A stretch of 64,000 nt of DNA from assembly GCA_002404995.1 (NCBI GenBank), contig DHKY01000004.1, positions 122,821-186,820 on the forward strand, in the 5' to 3' direction. Source of the DNA: Bacillales bacterium UBA4682. GTDB lineage: Bacteria; Bacillota_I; Bacilli_A; RFN20; CAG-288. The stretch's first letter is position 1. Each line of letters opens with the position of its first letter. Both the position numbers and the translations under genes were made by a program. Under the pieces are notes generated by a model. It ran no database searches, was not told where the DNA came from, and saw only the letters and a program-made list of their open reading frames with translations. Shown piece after piece: positions 53,000 to 64,000 of the stretch.

Positions 53000-55129
53000 T
53001 TAACTGCGTTTCTTGATGATTTCGTCCTGGACAGAACGAGGGACCTGCTGATAGTGATCAAAGGTCATTGTATAGATACCACGGCCCTGAGTCCTGGAAC
53101 GAAGGTCGGAGATGTAGCCGAACCTGTTGGCTAACGGAATGAAGGCAGTGATAACCTGGGCATTGGCCTTCTGGACCATGCCATCGACCTGACCACGACG
53201 AGAGGCAACATCGCCCATGACGGTACCGACATAGTCAAGCGGAGTAGTGATATCTGCTTTGACAATCGGTTCAAGGATGACCGGAGAGCACTTCTGTGCT
53301 GCAACACGGAGAGCCTGAGCAGAAGCAAGCTTATAAGCAGCTTCGCTGGAGTCGACATCATGGTAAGAACCATCGAACAGCGTTGCCTTGACATCAATGA
53401 CAGGATAGCCAGCGACCATACCTTTTTCGAAGGCTTCCTTCAAACCATCGAGAGACGGTTTGATGAATTCCTTAGGAATGGCACCACCGGTGATAGCTTC
53501 ATCGATTTCAATACCCTTTCCAGGGTTCGGTTCCATCTTGAAGACAACATGACCATACTGACCATGACCGCCAGACTGCTTGATGTACTTACCTTCGCAG
53601 TTGGCTTCCTGGGTGATGGTCTCACGATAAGCGACCTGAGGTGCACCGACGCGGGTTTCGATTCCGAAGTCGTTCTTCAGACGGGTAACGTTGACATCGA
53701 GCTGAAGTTCGCCGACGCCAGCGATGATACCCTGTCCGGTTTCGCTATCGGTATAGTAATGGAAGGTCGGATCTTCTTCAGTGAACTTAATCAGAGTAGC
53801 GGACCTCTTATCCTGATCAGCACGTTTGACAGGCTCGATAGCCTCGGAGATAACCGGTTCAGCGAACTGGATGGCTTCGAGAGAGACCTGCGGATCGTTC
53901 TCGCCGACAAGAGTATCACCAGTACGGGTGTTAGCGAAGCCGACAGCGGCTGCGATTTCACCGGCACGGGCTTCGGTGATGTTCTCGTGAGAATCAGCGT
54001 TGACTAATTCAAGACGGGAGACACGTTCCTTGGTTCCCTTGCGAACATTGTAGACATAAGAACCGGATTTGACAGTTCCAGAGTAAACACGGAAGAAGCA
54101 AAGGGTTCCAAACTGGTCAGTCGTAAGCTTGAAGGCAAGAGCAACGAACGGTCCGTTCGGATCGGGGTTGAACTTGACTTCTTCGCCGTTCTTGCCGGTA
54201 GCAACCGGGGCAGGAACATCGAGCGGGGACGGGAGATAATCCCGGACTGCATCGAGAACGTACTGAACGCCCTTGTTCTTATAAGCAGAGCCAGGCCTGC
54301 AGGGGAAGATTTCACGGGCAATCGTTTCCTTGCGGATAGCGGCCTTGATTTCTTCAACAGATGGCTCTTCTTCCCTGAGGACTTTTTCCCTGATAGCATC
54401 ATCGAAGTTGGCGAGCTGCTCAATCATGGTCTGATGATAAAGCTTGGCTTTTTCGACATCTTCAGCATATTCAGCAGGAACTTCCTCGAGCGGAACAATC
54501 TTCGGCTGCCTGGATTCAGACTTCTTAGCATCAAGATCCCATAACCAGGCTTTCCTTTCGACCAAGTCGATTAAGCCGAGTAAACGGGTTTCGAGTCCAA
54601 CCGGATAAGCGATGGCGACACCATTTGCACCAACACGTTCCTTGACAGAGGCAACAGACCTTTCATAGTCTGCACCAGTGGCATCGAGCTTATTGACGAA
54701 AACAATACGCGGAACATCATACTTATCAGCCTGACGCCAGACGGTTTCCGTCTGCGGTTCAACACCGTTCTTTCCATCGAGGACGCAGACAGCGCCATCG
54801 AGAACACGGAGAGAACGTTCGACTTCAGCGGTAAAGTCGACATGGCCAGGAGTATCAATTAAGTTGATACGATAGCCTTTCCAGATACAGGTCGTAGCAG
54901 CAGAGTAAATCGTGATACCACGTTTCTGTTCCTGTTCATTGAAGTCCATGGCGGAAGCACCATCATGGGTTTCGCCGATTTTATGGGTTTTTCCTGTGAA
55001 GAAGAGAATACGTTCACTCGTCGTAGTCTTACCAGCATCAATATGGGCCCTGATGCCGATGTTACGGACATGGTCGAGGGCGACCGATTCGTATACGGAT
55101 ACCCTCGCCTGATCGTTATCCATTGCCAT
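53000..55129 (-). CDS. fusA: Elongation factor G
   Basis: ...[20 protein letters not shown]..., 709 aa. Confidence 0.98.
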   Translation of the reverse strand: MAMDNDQARVSVYESVALDHVRNIGIRAHIDAGKTTTSERILFFTGKTHKIGETHDGASAMDFNEQEQKRGITIYSAATTCIWKGYRINLIDTPGHVDFTAEVERSLRVLDGAVCVLDGKNGVEPQTETVWRQADKYDVPRIVFVNKLDATGADYERSVASVKERVGANGVAIAYPVGLETRLLGLIDLVERKAWLWDLDAKKSESRQPKIVPLEEVPAEYAEDVEKAKLYHQTMIEQLANFDDAIREKVLREEEPSVEEIKAAIRKETIAREIFPCRPGSAYKNKGVQYVLDAVRDYLPSPLDVPAPVATGKNGEEVKFNPDPNGPFVALAFKLTTDQFGTLCFFRVYSGTVKSGSYVYNVRKGTKERVSRLELVNADSHENITEARAGEIAAAVGFANTRTGDTLVGENDPQVSLEAIQFAEPVISEAIEPVKRADQDKRSATLIKFTEEDPTFHYYTDSETGQGIIAGVGELQLDVNVTRLKNDFGIETRVGAPQVAYRETITQEANCEGKYIKQSGGHGQYGHVVFKMEPNPGKGIEIDEAITGGAIPKEFIKPSLDGLKEAFEKGMVAGYPVIDVKATLFDGSYHDVDSSEAAYKLASAQALRVAAQKCSPVILEPIVKADITTPLDYVGTVMGDVASRRGQVDGMVQKANAQVITAFIPLANRFGYISDLRSRTQGRGIYTMTFDHYQQVPRSVQDEIIKKRS

Positions 55130-55170
55130 TGTGGATGATTTTCCTTTTCTACTGGGCTAGCCCGAACGGG

Positions 55171-55644
55171 TTACCAGCGATAGTGGGCATAAGCCTTGTT
55201 GGCTTCAGCCGTCTTATGCCTATCTTCTTTACGTTTGACTGCACCACCAGTGCCATTTGCAGCATCGATGATTTCAGCGGCTAATTTGTCAGTCCTGGTC
55301 TTTTCAGAACGAAGACGGGCAAAAGTAACTAACCAGCGGAGGCCTAAGGTAACACGACGCTCCGGAGAGACTTCGACCGGAACCTGGTAGTTAGAGGCAC
55401 CGACACGGCGGGCTTTGAGCTCGACTTCAGGCCTGATGTTGCCTAAAGCGATCTCGAAGACATCCCTAGCCGGTTTGCCGGTCTTGGCTTCGACTTTCTT
55501 GAAAGCGCCGTAGAGGATATCCTGGGCAACGCCTTTCTTTCCATCGACCCTGATACGATTGATCAGACGAGTAACTAACTTGCTCTGGTAAATCGGATCC
55601 GGTAAGACATCACGTTTTTCAACAGAACCGTTTTTTCTTGGCAT
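55171..55644 (-). CDS. rpsG: 30S ribosomal protein S7
   Basis: [30 protein letters not shown]... Confidence 0.98.
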   Translation of the reverse strand: MPRKNGSVEKRDVLPDPIYQSKLVTRLINRIRVDGKKGVAQDILYGAFKKVEAKTGKPARDVFEIALGNIRPEVELKARRVGASNYQVPVEVSPERRVTLGLRWLVTFARLRSEKTRTDKLAAEIIDAANGTGGAVKRKEDRHKTAEANKAYAHYRW

Positions 55645-55664
55645 GATTGCTTATCTCCTTACTT

Positions 55665-56090
55665 CTACTTCTTCTCAATGCTTCCGTCTTTCTTAGTACC
55701 GTATAAGGAACGTCCCTGTTTACGGTTCTCGACGCCGAAGCATTCCCTAGCGCCACGAACGATATGATAACGGACACCAGGTAAATCGCGGACACGGCCG
55801 CCACGGATCAGAACGACTTTGTGTTCCTGAAGGTTATGTCCTTCGCCGCCGATGTAGGCAGTGACTTCATAGCCATTGGATAAACGGACACGGGCGTACT
55901 TACGAGAAGCAGAGTTCGGCTTCTTCGGAGTCCTCGTTCCGACACGGGTGCAAACACCCTTCTTCTGCGGAGACGGAATATCACGCTCCGTTTTGTTGAG
56001 AGAGTCCCAACGTTTTCCAAGAGCCGGAGCCTTCGATTTGTAAACAGGCTGCTTGCGCTCTTGACGAACCAACTGATTAATAGTAGGCAT
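55665..56090 (-). CDS. rpsL: 30S ribosomal protein S12
   Basis: [13 protein letters not shown]...[30 protein letters not shown]... Confidence 0.98.
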   Translation of the reverse strand: MPTINQLVRQERKQPVYKSKAPALGKRWDSLNKTERDIPSPQKKGVCTRVGTRTPKKPNSASRKYARVRLSNGYEVTAYIGGEGHNLQEHKVVLIRGGRVRDLPGVRYHIVRGARECFGVENRKQGRSLYGTKKDGSIEKK

Positions 56091-56205
56091 TCTTTTCCTC
56101 CCGGAATTTAATAAAATCTTCCTATTATCTTGTCCTCATACCCGGGCGTTTCCAGCTCTCCCCATAAAAAGAGCGGGCTAAGGCCCGAATAAGCTAACGT
56201 GGAAA

Positions 56206-56234
56206 ATTATAGTAGATAGTTCTCGGCTTGTCAA
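56206..56234 (-). promoter_or_regulatory. Perfect consensus sigma-A promoter of the str operon (rpsL-rpsG-fusA-tuf)
   Basis: Minus strand TTGACA (56234-56229), 17-nt spacer, TATAAT (56211-56206). About 115-nt leader to rpsL. Confidence 0.75.
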
Positions 56235-56317
56235 AACATTTCGAAAGAATTTTAAACGCCCGGATGCGATACAATAGAAATGAGCCACTTCTCCGGGCGT
56301 TTTCTGTGAGTAAAAAA

Positions 56318-56350
56318 GAAAATCGGCTGCCATGGCAGCCGATTGATGTT
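56318..56350. terminator. Terminator after the BI-1-family gene (hairpin aatcggctgcc-atg-gcagccgatt)
   Basis: Perfect 11-bp stem flanked by A/T runs. Confidence 0.55.
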
Positions 56351-57141
56351 TATTTCTTTTTTCCAGAGGAGGAGACGAGAATCAATAAGACACGGAGGAA
56401 GAGCCAGATGAAGTCAACATAGAGCTGATATGCGCAGTAGATGGACCTATTCTTAACCGAGGAGAAGGCTTTGCTTTCCGCTACTTTCTTCACATTGGAC
56501 CTATCGATTGCAATCACGATCAACCTCAGGAGAAGCCTTCCGATTTCAATCCCCCAGTAAAGCGCGTTGACCTGAAGGAAAACATTAAGAAGGGAAAGAA
56601 CCATGAGAGAGACAGCCAATGAGCTGACGATTACAAGAAGCATCGGGATTTTCTTTGACACATGGTCGGCGATAAGTCCGAAGGCTAAGAACCTAGCAGC
56701 AGTAATAAGGAAAGAAAGGGAAAGAAGCCAGATATAAGTATAAGGAGAATCGCTCCTTACCCTCACATCCCTAAAGACAAAGGAGAGAAGGACACCCATC
56801 GCAGCTGCATAGGTAACATAACCACCTATCCTTAAGCCGGATTTATCAGAGAATGTCTTTACGCCAACAATGATCCTTGCAGGAAGCATGACAACAGCCG
56901 AACCAATCCTAGCAATTATCGCAAGAAAAGAAAAGAAGTCTGGACTCCTCCGTCCTGAAACAAGCAAATAAACAAACAAATCAGATAGTCCAATGGCAAG
57001 AACACCCGTTATACCGATTCCTAGGGATAGCCATTTCAGAACTTTCCCCATTGAGAAAGCAATCGTTTTCTTTACGGTCTTTTCGCCAGTGGCGGATTCA
57101 AACACGACGCCCGTATTATTCGAATTTTGAGGAGCAATCAT
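56350..57141 (-). CDS. Bax-inhibitor-1/YccA-family membrane protein
   Basis: Seven hydrophobic segments. True start MIAPQNSNNTGVV at 57141 with AAGGAG SD. Family assignment is by overall topology and length only. Confidence 0.55.
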   Translation of the reverse strand: MIAPQNSNNTGVVFESATGEKTVKKTIAFSMGKVLKWLSLGIGITGVLAIGLSDLFVYLLVSGRRSPDFFSFLAIIARIGSAVVMLPARIIVGVKTFSDKSGLRIGGYVTYAAAMGVLLSFVFRDVRVRSDSPYTYIWLLSLSFLITAARFLAFGLIADHVSKKIPMLLVIVSSLAVSLMVLSLLNVFLQVNALYWGIEIGRLLLRLIVIAIDRSNVKKVAESKAFSSVKNRSIYCAYQLYVDFIWLFLRVLLILVSSSGKKK

Positions 57142-57376
57142 TTTTACTCTCCTTTCCGAGGAAAACCTCTTGCATTGAATATTATTGAAAAAGCAAAGGA
57201 TTTTCAAGACATGGGCCAAAAAATATTATCTATTTTTCAAACAGATAGTCCTCTTTTAGAAGGCGGAGAAAAGATAGAGCAATGGGATTCCTGTTTTTGT
57301 TCTTGGATTTATTTTTGTATTGTGAGATATTTAGGAAACTTTTATAATATTTTCAAATTGAAAAGAGGTTCAATCC

Positions 57377-60277
57377 ATGAAAAAGAAGATTAGTTTAATA
57401 AGGTTATCTAGGTTAGGCTTGCTCCTGTCTGGATGCAAGACAAGCACCGATAGTGCAAGTGCTGCTCCTAGTGTCACTCCGAGTGTTGCCCCTAGTGAGA
57501 CCCCGAGCAGTTCAAAGCCTTCTGTCAGTGAAACAACAAGCACCGAGCCGGCAGAAGTCCGTCCCGATTATTATTTAACGGGAAACATCGATCTTGGCAG
57601 CGACAAACAAAAGAAATTCGCCTATGACCAGGCGACGGATACTTATTCTTTGGAGGGGATTTCCTTAAAGAGAGGAGATTCTTTTGCCATCGATTGCACG
57701 AAAGAAGATAAGAACATCGGATTCGATAGTTTATCCTCTGCTGCCGGCTTTGAAAAAGGAAACGGGAACTTCATCAATGTTCTGAACGAAGGAATCTATA
57801 CTCTTTCCATTAAAAGCGGGGGTCTGGAGAGGAACAAGACCGACTCGAACTATAAAGAAGTCAAGCTTGTCTATTCCGATGGCAAGGAAAGCCTTGCTTT
57901 CGGAAAGCAGAGTGATTTTACCTTTGCCTTGAAGAACGTTGCTCTCCGTTATCAGCAGAAGTTCTCTATCCTTCTTGATGGCGATACTCTTGATTACGAT
58001 GACCTTGCGGTCAACGATACCTACTATTCCGCTTTCCGGGCGGCTGACCATAGCATTGAATCCGTGAAAAAAGGATTTTTTGATCTCACCATTGACTTTT
58101 CCAAGGAAAAACCGGTAGTCATCACTTCCGATGATAGGAAAGAACCGAATTCCATTCCTAAAAACGTAAGCGAATACGAAGAGCTCACCGATAGACTCGG
58201 CAAGGCCTTTGCACAGAAGGGAACAAGTTACACCGCTTATTCCGAAGAGAAAGACATTGCCAGCGGAAAGGTAACTGCCTATGATGCCACGGAAACCCTT
58301 GATACCAACCAGCATTATCTGAAGAAGGAAGCCTACACCTTTGATGTCGATCAGACAAAAGAAGGAGCAGTATCGAAGGACAAGGCTAAACAGAACGCAG
58401 CCATTACTCAGGAAGAAGCCATCGATACGGGAAGCAACTTCTATGTCATTTCCGATAAAGATGGAAAAGGAAGCGTAAACAAGACGAATAGCGCAATCAT
58501 CCGTGATGATGTTCCGGAAACCGATCCGGACGCCGATATTGAGGAAAAGTTCAAACGGAAATACATTACTTCCGCAGAAGCAAAAGCCAATGTAGTTGAT
58601 TTCACCGGGGAAGCAAACCATGTCAGCTCAATCTTCGACTATAGGCTCAGTTCTTCCCATATCACAGGCAGTTCTGCTTTCTCCGAAAAAGAAATCCGGA
58701 ACAATCTGAAAATCGAAGGCAGTTATGACAGCGATTTAGGCGATGTCATCAATCTAAAGTTCTCCAACAATGAATTCAATAACGGATATACGCAGACCTA
58801 TGTCAGGAACACTCTGGATATCACAATCGATGAAGAGGGCAATCCGACAAAGGGAACCTACACCTGCAAGAAGTACGAAGGAAGAGATATCATCAGCACC
58901 GACAAAAAGCCAAATCCGGAAAAGAACCTCGATGACTATCTGACTAAAGAGACGACCTATACCTTTACGAGGGCCTTCGGCAGCCGTCAGAATGTCACCG
59001 ACTTCAAGCTGGATCCCACCAAATATCTCATTTCTTCCTTAGACCCGACACCGGATTTGACAATCTCCTGCAACATTTCAGATTTCGGTGTAGACGAATG
59101 TGGATTCATTGTTGACCCTGTTTCTGCCTGTGACTTGTCCAATTTCTTTGTCCGTTCCTTCGATTCCGACTACTTCAAACGCAACGTCGGAGACGGAAAT
59201 ATTTCCGGAAAAGGAAAGATAGGCAAAACAACCGTCACGATTGCAAACTCCTACAACCTCATTGAGAAAGTCGTTGATGTCACTCTTGACTATGAACCCT
59301 ACAAATATGCAAGCCAGCTTGGCGAATTCTATATCATCGATGGTTCCAAGAAAACCGCAGCTTCCAGCTCTACCTTCTACACTGGCGTAACCTATGACTT
59401 AGAAATCCAGCCTAGCCAGGGCTATGATCCAAGAATGGACATCGTCAGCAGCAGTGATGCTGTTACTATTACGGACCTCAGCAGCGATGAAGAAAGGAAG
59501 AATAATGGAAAGGCAGCCTTCAAGCTGACTGTCAATCGTCTTCCGAAGGACGGAGAATCCGTAAAGCTTACTGCCACATCCAAAGCTGACCCGAGCTTCA
59601 AGAAGGAAGTCTCCCTCACCATCAGGGAACCTTGGACAAGGAAGGCAGCTGCCGGGCAGTATTCATTAACGAGTTCCTATGTTTCTAATTATGCCTATGA
59701 CATTGTTCTAAACGATAACGGAACCGGAAGCTTCACTTACAAAGACGTACAGTACAGTTTCACCTTCGATGTCTCCGCAGAGGGAAAAGTTGCGCTGAAG
59801 ACAAGTGACAATGTCACCGAATTCAGCGGAACACTCTCCAAGAAGGCAATCAACAACAAGTATAGTGGCGAAAGCTACACTTTGAACGCATTCAAGGCAG
59901 ACAGCATCAAAGTTTCCGGCAACACAAGCTCCATTGCTTCCTATTCTTCTTATTATCAGACCAGTCCACTATTCAACACCTCCTATAAGATTACGGATGA
60001 GACCGGAAAGACCTATACTTATTCGAAGTTTGAGCTAGAGACTGGATACTGCTACTCTGGAACGATTTACTTCACCGATGGAACAACTACAAGTAAGTTC
60101 AAGTTCAAAGGCTGTGATCCTTCTAGCAGCAGTTACTATAGCAGCAGTGTATCTGCAACAAGGTACTATTCCGATGCAAGTAGCAGCTCCTACACAACCT
60201 ATTCTGGATCTGTCTCCTGCTCTGGCACAACCTACACAATCACCTTCGGAAGCAAAGTCTTCACCTTCGCTCTTTAA
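57377..60277 (+). CDS. Large surface lipoprotein (966 aa), function unknown
   Basis: MKKKISLIRLSRLGLLLSGC lipobox, S/T/P-rich linker, long beta-rich body. Confidence 0.75.
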   Translation: MKKKISLIRLSRLGLLLSGCKTSTDSASAAPSVTPSVAPSETPSSSKPSVSETTSTEPAEVRPDYYLTGNIDLGSDKQKKFAYDQATDTYSLEGISLKRGDSFAIDCTKEDKNIGFDSLSSAAGFEKGNGNFINVLNEGIYTLSIKSGGLERNKTDSNYKEVKLVYSDGKESLAFGKQSDFTFALKNVALRYQQKFSILLDGDTLDYDDLAVNDTYYSAFRAADHSIESVKKGFFDLTIDFSKEKPVVITSDDRKEPNSIPKNVSEYEELTDRLGKAFAQKGTSYTAYSEEKDIASGKVTAYDATETLDTNQHYLKKEAYTFDVDQTKEGAVSKDKAKQNAAITQEEAIDTGSNFYVISDKDGKGSVNKTNSAIIRDDVPETDPDADIEEKFKRKYITSAEAKANVVDFTGEANHVSSIFDYRLSSSHITGSSAFSEKEIRNNLKIEGSYDSDLGDVINLKFSNNEFNNGYTQTYVRNTLDITIDEEGNPTKGTYTCKKYEGRDIISTDKKPNPEKNLDDYLTKETTYTFTRAFGSRQNVTDFKLDPTKYLISSLDPTPDLTISCNISDFGVDECGFIVDPVSACDLSNFFVRSFDSDYFKRNVGDGNISGKGKIGKTTVTIANSYNLIEKVVDVTLDYEPYKYASQLGEFYIIDGSKKTAASSSTFYTGVTYDLEIQPSQGYDPRMDIVSSSDAVTITDLSSDEERKNNGKAAFKLTVNRLPKDGESVKLTATSKADPSFKKEVSLTIREPWTRKAAAGQYSLTSSYVSNYAYDIVLNDNGTGSFTYKDVQYSFTFDVSAEGKVALKTSDNVTEFSGTLSKKAINNKYSGESYTLNAFKADSIKVSGNTSSIASYSSYYQTSPLFNTSYKITDETGKTYTYSKFELETGYCYSGTIYFTDGTTTSKFKFKGCDPSSSSYYSSSVSATRYYSDASSSSYTTYSGSVSCSGTTYTITFGSKVFTFAL

Positions 60278-60284
60278 AAACAAG

Positions 60285-60320
60285 CAAAAAAAGCCTCTGA
60301 CCGCGGTCAGAGGCTTTTAA
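60285..60320. terminator. Bidirectional terminator
   Basis: Perfect palindrome agcctctgaccg|cggtcagaggct flanked by A7 and T4. Confidence 0.7.
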
Positions 60321-60340
60321 AATGCAACCTGTTTTTTGAA

Positions 60341-62011
60341 TCAGTCTGCGTCTTCCAGGCTTGCTAAATAGTTATCCATCAAGGTAGAAGAAGTGGTCCC
60401 GATGTTGACAAAGTCATACTTATAGTAGTCATAGAAATAGGCGTTCTGAAGAGTAAAAAGTCCGCCGATACTGAAGGAAGCACTATCTTCCTTCGCGTTC
60501 AGGGCAAACCTAAGACCAACCGGAGTAGCACTGAGAAGCTGGATAATGTCGGAGAAAAGAAGGTTGGTAATCGAAGCGGCTTTGTCGGATTTTGAAGCAT
60601 ACTGATTGCCTTTATCGGTCGTATCATTCGTAACCGCATCAAAGCAATAGAACTCATCTTTTAGTACATTCAGATAATAGGTCGGGCTTGTCTGATACTG
60701 GTACCAATGAGCATAAGGATTTCCAGAGGAATCCATCTGCCGCTTTCCTAAAACGACTTTCCCGTTTTCGATAGTGAACGCATAAGAGCCATCTAGCAGG
60801 TTCTTTTTTCCCTGGATATCCACAAACCCATGACTGACAAGTGGATCATCCTGATAGCTTTCCTTGGTTTCTTCTATATAATCGTCTTCATAATAATTGA
60901 AGATATATTTGTCGGTATAGTATCGGTATCCGATGTGAATGGTTTTGTTCTCTGTCTTGTCGACATAGTTTCCGAAATCGTTCCTGTAGTTATACCCTTG
61001 GCAGATCTGATAAAGACGGTTCCTATCTGGATAGACTTCTGGATAGGAAGGAACATTTCCAGTTAGATAGTCGGAGATTGCCTGGCTATAGTTTTCTTGG
61101 TTCTTCACTGAAAATTTCATTTCAATGGAAGACGATTCGCTGTCAGAGAATACGAAAGTTGCCGTGAAAGAAGAGTCATCGTGAACAAGGAACTTGAGTT
61201 CCTTGTTTTTTGCCTGAAGCTCTGAGACACTGTCTTTATCTTTGTAGAACTGGACTGCCCTTTGGAAATAAGCATCGATTAAGGCTGTTCCTGCCGTTGT
61301 GGTGCTATCGAATTCATAAGTATTGTCTTGACTGATTACAGTCGGATAATAAGAAGAAGCAGTAAGTCCCGTAAAGGATCCCGATAAGGTAATGGTCTGG
61401 TCACGAAGATAGAGAGGATCCTTGATCTTTCCGCTTTCAAAGCTATAAGAAAACAGTTTTCCTTTCCCATCCTTAGCCATTCCATAAGGCTGAACAAGTT
61501 CTAAGGCAGAGGAGACATAGTCAAACTCGTTTTGATAGACATCCAGTGAGAAGGAAAGAGGATTCTTAAACCTAGTTCCAGAGGAAGACACGGAAAGAGC
61601 ATAGCCTTTCTTTGTCCTACGCTGGACAAGAGAAGAGAGAGCATAGCTTTCGGTCACCTTGATTTCAAAAGACGCGGTTACTCCTTCATAGGAAGCTCTA
61701 ATAGTAGTTGTTCCAAGCGATAGGCCTTTGACCATTCCTTTGGAGGAAACCTCTGCAATGGTCTTATCCTTTGATGTCCATTGTGGCTGGACGCTCTTTC
61801 CTCCATAGGAAGCACTTAAGGTTACATATTCACGGATTCCGACATGATCTGTTCCGCTGATTTTCAGTTCTTTGACTGCTTGAAAGGATTCTGGCTCTGT
61901 AACCTGTTTTGAATCAGATGCGGGGACAGAACTATCAGCGGATGGTTTTCCGCAGGCAGAAAGAAACGTACAGGCAAGAAGAAAGAAAATGGTTTTTCCA
62001 GTATGCTTCAT
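60341..62011 (-). CDS. Surface lipoprotein with N-terminal Big_2-like domain
   Basis: FFLLACTFLSAC lipobox. ...ASYEGVTASFEIKV... Ig-like motif. Confidence 0.7.
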   Translation of the reverse strand: MKHTGKTIFFLLACTFLSACGKPSADSSVPASDSKQVTEPESFQAVKELKISGTDHVGIREYVTLSASYGGKSVQPQWTSKDKTIAEVSSKGMVKGLSLGTTTIRASYEGVTASFEIKVTESYALSSLVQRRTKKGYALSVSSSGTRFKNPLSFSLDVYQNEFDYVSSALELVQPYGMAKDGKGKLFSYSFESGKIKDPLYLRDQTITLSGSFTGLTASSYYPTVISQDNTYEFDSTTTAGTALIDAYFQRAVQFYKDKDSVSELQAKNKELKFLVHDDSSFTATFVFSDSESSSIEMKFSVKNQENYSQAISDYLTGNVPSYPEVYPDRNRLYQICQGYNYRNDFGNYVDKTENKTIHIGYRYYTDKYIFNYYEDDYIEETKESYQDDPLVSHGFVDIQGKKNLLDGSYAFTIENGKVVLGKRQMDSSGNPYAHWYQYQTSPTYYLNVLKDEFYCFDAVTNDTTDKGNQYASKSDKAASITNLLFSDIIQLLSATPVGLRFALNAKEDSASFSIGGLFTLQNAYFYDYYKYDFVNIGTTSSTLMDNYLASLEDAD

Positions 62012-63744
62012 TATGCAGAAGTCGTCCTAGAATCGGTCTCGTAATCTTCGACAGTCTTGCCAAAAAGCCTAGTTCCGTTCGTGAATTTGTCTCCGACAGT
62101 CGTATCGGCATTGACAAAGGAAGCAGCTTCGAAATAAAGCTTGACGGTTCCTTCCGTAGCATAGGTGGTACGGAAGGCTACTGATCCGATGCTTTTCACA
62201 GATTTTGGAAGATAGACATAGAGAAGGGAACTGCATCCGAAGAAAGCTTCCTCTCCGATACTAGAAACCTTCGATGTCAGCTTAATACGAGGCAAAGCTT
62301 CGCAGGACTTGAAAGCAATTTTATCGATTGTTTCCAGTGTCTCCGGAAGATTGACTTCAGTAAGAGAAGTGCACTCAAGGAAAGCAGCATCCGGAATTTC
62401 CTTGATAGAAGTCTTCGACAAGTCAATTGCCTTCAAAGACTGCATTCCCGTAAAGGCGTGAGAACCAAGAGAGGAGATGGTAGCAGGAAGAGAAAGAGTC
62501 GAAAGGGCACGGTCGTATGCAAAGAGAGACTCCGGTATTTCCGTTACGCCTTCCGGAATATTCACCGAAGTAAGACTGGTGCAGTTGCTAAAGGCGCTCT
62601 TACCGATTTTCTTGACAGAACTTGGCAAAGTAAGGGCCTTAAGAGCAACACAGGATGAAAAGGCATTTTCGCCGATTTCATCCACACCATCTGGAATATT
62701 GAAGGAAGTAAGCTTGCTGCAGTTCCTGACAAATTCATCCGGAATCTTCGTATATTTGCCCTTGACAGTAACATTCGTGAGAGAAGAGTCCTTATAAAGC
62801 ATTCCAGAGGAAAACTCCGTTAAGGATGCCGGAAGGGTGATTCGTGTCAATGCAGTGTTTTCAGAAAGACATTTATCTCCAACAGTAGTAAGTTTCGTAG
62901 CATTCTCAAGACGGATGCTTGTCAAGCTGAACCTCGCCGCAAGACTACGATAGCCAATGGTAGTCAAATTGCTGTCAGACGGAATTCCAATCGCCGTCAG
63001 TGTGCTATTTCCATAGAAAGCATAATCAGCGATTTCGCTAACCGAGGAAGGCAAATCAAAGGAAGTAAAGTTCCTGCCAGCCGGATAGAAATACAATGTC
63101 TGCCTATTATAAGAATAGAGGACATTGCTGGCAGTGCGGAAATTCTTTCCGCCATTAACCTTTACTTTCTTAATTCCAGAGCACAGATGGAAAACACCAG
63201 AGCCTAAAGTAGTCAGAGTAGAAGGAAGGATAATAGAAGTCAGACTAGGGCAGTACTGGAAGGCACCATCATCAATTTCCTCCACACCTTCCGGAAGATT
63301 CAGTTCTTCAAGCTTGCCATCGGTTTCTAAGCCAAGGAAAGCCTCCTTCCCGATCTTTTTAATAGAGCTTGGAATCTTCAGACTATCAATGGTCGCATAA
63401 CGGAACGCACCTTCGCCGATTTCCTGTACCGGAAGTCCCTGATAAACAGAAGGAATGACAATATCGTACTCAACCGAAAGATAATCACTGACAATATAGT
63501 AGGAATTCGTCGAATCCGGTGTAAACACAAGTCCACCAGTTGCATCCTCTTCCGGAATGAAAACCTCATCCTTCAAAGAAGCGGAACCGGAAGATGGAGT
63601 CTCAGAAACCGATTCCGAGGGGGTTTCTGTGACAGAAGCCGGAGACGAAACGGGTTGTCCAGACACGTTCCCGTTTCCACAAGCAAACAAAGAAAGAGAG
63701 AGAAGGGATAAAGCAGCAAGACTGAATTTGTTCTTTTTCATCAT
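62011..63744 (-). CDS. Leucine-rich-repeat surface lipoprotein (BspA-type LRR)
   Basis: LSLFAC lipobox. Repeated ~23-aa units ...IPxSVxxIGxxAFxxCxxLtxv.LP.... AAGGAG SD. Confidence 0.8.
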   Translation of the reverse strand: MMKKNKFSLAALSLLSLSLFACGNGNVSGQPVSSPASVTETPSESVSETPSSGSASLKDEVFIPEEDATGGLVFTPDSTNSYYIVSDYLSVEYDIVIPSVYQGLPVQEIGEGAFRYATIDSLKIPSSIKKIGKEAFLGLETDGKLEELNLPEGVEEIDDGAFQYCPSLTSIILPSTLTTLGSGVFHLCSGIKKVKVNGGKNFRTASNVLYSYNRQTLYFYPAGRNFTSFDLPSSVSEIADYAFYGNSTLTAIGIPSDSNLTTIGYRSLAARFSLTSIRLENATKLTTVGDKCLSENTALTRITLPASLTEFSSGMLYKDSSLTNVTVKGKYTKIPDEFVRNCSKLTSFNIPDGVDEIGENAFSSCVALKALTLPSSVKKIGKSAFSNCTSLTSVNIPEGVTEIPESLFAYDRALSTLSLPATISSLGSHAFTGMQSLKAIDLSKTSIKEIPDAAFLECTSLTEVNLPETLETIDKIAFKSCEALPRIKLTSKVSSIGEEAFFGCSSLLYVYLPKSVKSIGSVAFRTTYATEGTVKLYFEAASFVNADTTVGDKFTNGTRLFGKTVEDYETDSRTTSA

Positions 63745-63757
63745 AGTTCTCCTTTAA

Positions 63758-64000
63758 TTAATGCTGAACGCAGTAAGCCGGAATCGTAGTCGTCCCAAGA
63801 TCCTTGAATGTAACCTTGAATATCTGAGTTGCACTGATCTGCGTGCCGGCATCATCAATCGTGAAGTTTGCAGTACGCACATTCGTAAAGCAATCGAGCG
63901 TTCCATCGGCTTTCAGATTGACTTTGAACTCACCAGAATAGACCGGCTCCTCTACGTATTCATCAAAAGGCAGCAGAGTCCGGATGACCCTCGATTTCAG
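63758..64000 (-). CDS. C-terminal part of an upstream gene (partial, runs off window end)
   Basis: Reads ...VEEPVYSGEFKVNLKADGTLDCFTNVRTANFTIDDAGTQISATQIFKVTFKDLGTTTIPAYCVQH*. Stop codon at 63758-63760. Confidence 0.6.
   Translation of the reverse strand: MKSRVIRTLLPFDEYVEEPVYSGEFKVNLKADGTLDCFTNVRTANFTIDDAGTQISATQIFKVTFKDLGTTTIPAYCVQH

Noticed and set aside
55665-56090. Apparent ~15-aa insertion ([16 protein letters not shown]) in S12 relative to E. coli
   Set aside because: B. subtilis S12 carries the same extra segment before PQKRGVCTRV. This is normal for Firmicutes-type S12.
1-64000. CRISPR arrays, IS elements, prophage genes
   Set aside because: No regularly spaced direct repeats, transposase or phage structural genes were seen anywhere in the window.

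Overview
This 64 kb window is from a low-to-moderate-GC Firmicutes-derived genome that uses the standard genetic code (TGG Trp; all core ORFs are intact under code 11). Gene content and order point to a reduced, lipoprotein-rich lineage (Mollicutes- or Erysipelotrichia-like). The B. subtilis block yloU-yloV-recG-plsX-rnc-ftsY-ylxM-ffh / rpsP-KH-rimM-trmD-rplS is recognisable. It lacks the fab/acpP genes and smc, and rplS is relocated. The backbone is housekeeping. Core genes called: rplK-rplA-rplJ-rplL-rpoB (rpoB partial at the window start), rplS, rpsP-KH-rimM-trmD, ffh, ylxM, ftsY, rnc, plsX, recG, yloV (DAK2), an Asp23 protein, guaA, deoD, cdaA, xerC, topA, dprA, rnhB, rbgA, tRNA-Ser(GCU), and the str operon rpsL-rpsG-fusA-tuf driven by a perfect consensus sigma-A promoter. 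Between these blocks sit accessory regions. (1) A three-gene operon wedged between tuf and an ABC importer: a SIR2_2-like protein translationally coupled to two paralogous RDD-like membrane proteins. This is the strongest candidate for an undescribed (defence-like) system. (2) A polymorphic-toxin-like locus: a secreted lipoprotein with a hydrophobic C-terminal domain, then three tandem paralogous small multi-TM proteins and a frameshifted orphan copy of the lipoprotein's C-terminal end. (3) A surface/scavenging island: a Big_2 lipoprotein, an SNase-family nuclease lipoprotein, two substrate-binding lipoproteins, two permeases and an ABC ATPase carrying a ~300-aa insertion in its helical domain. 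(4) Further large lipoproteins (a 966-aa one, another Big_2 one, and a BspA-type LRR one) at the 3' end. All calls come from reading the translated ORFs and the DNA by eye; no database searches were run.
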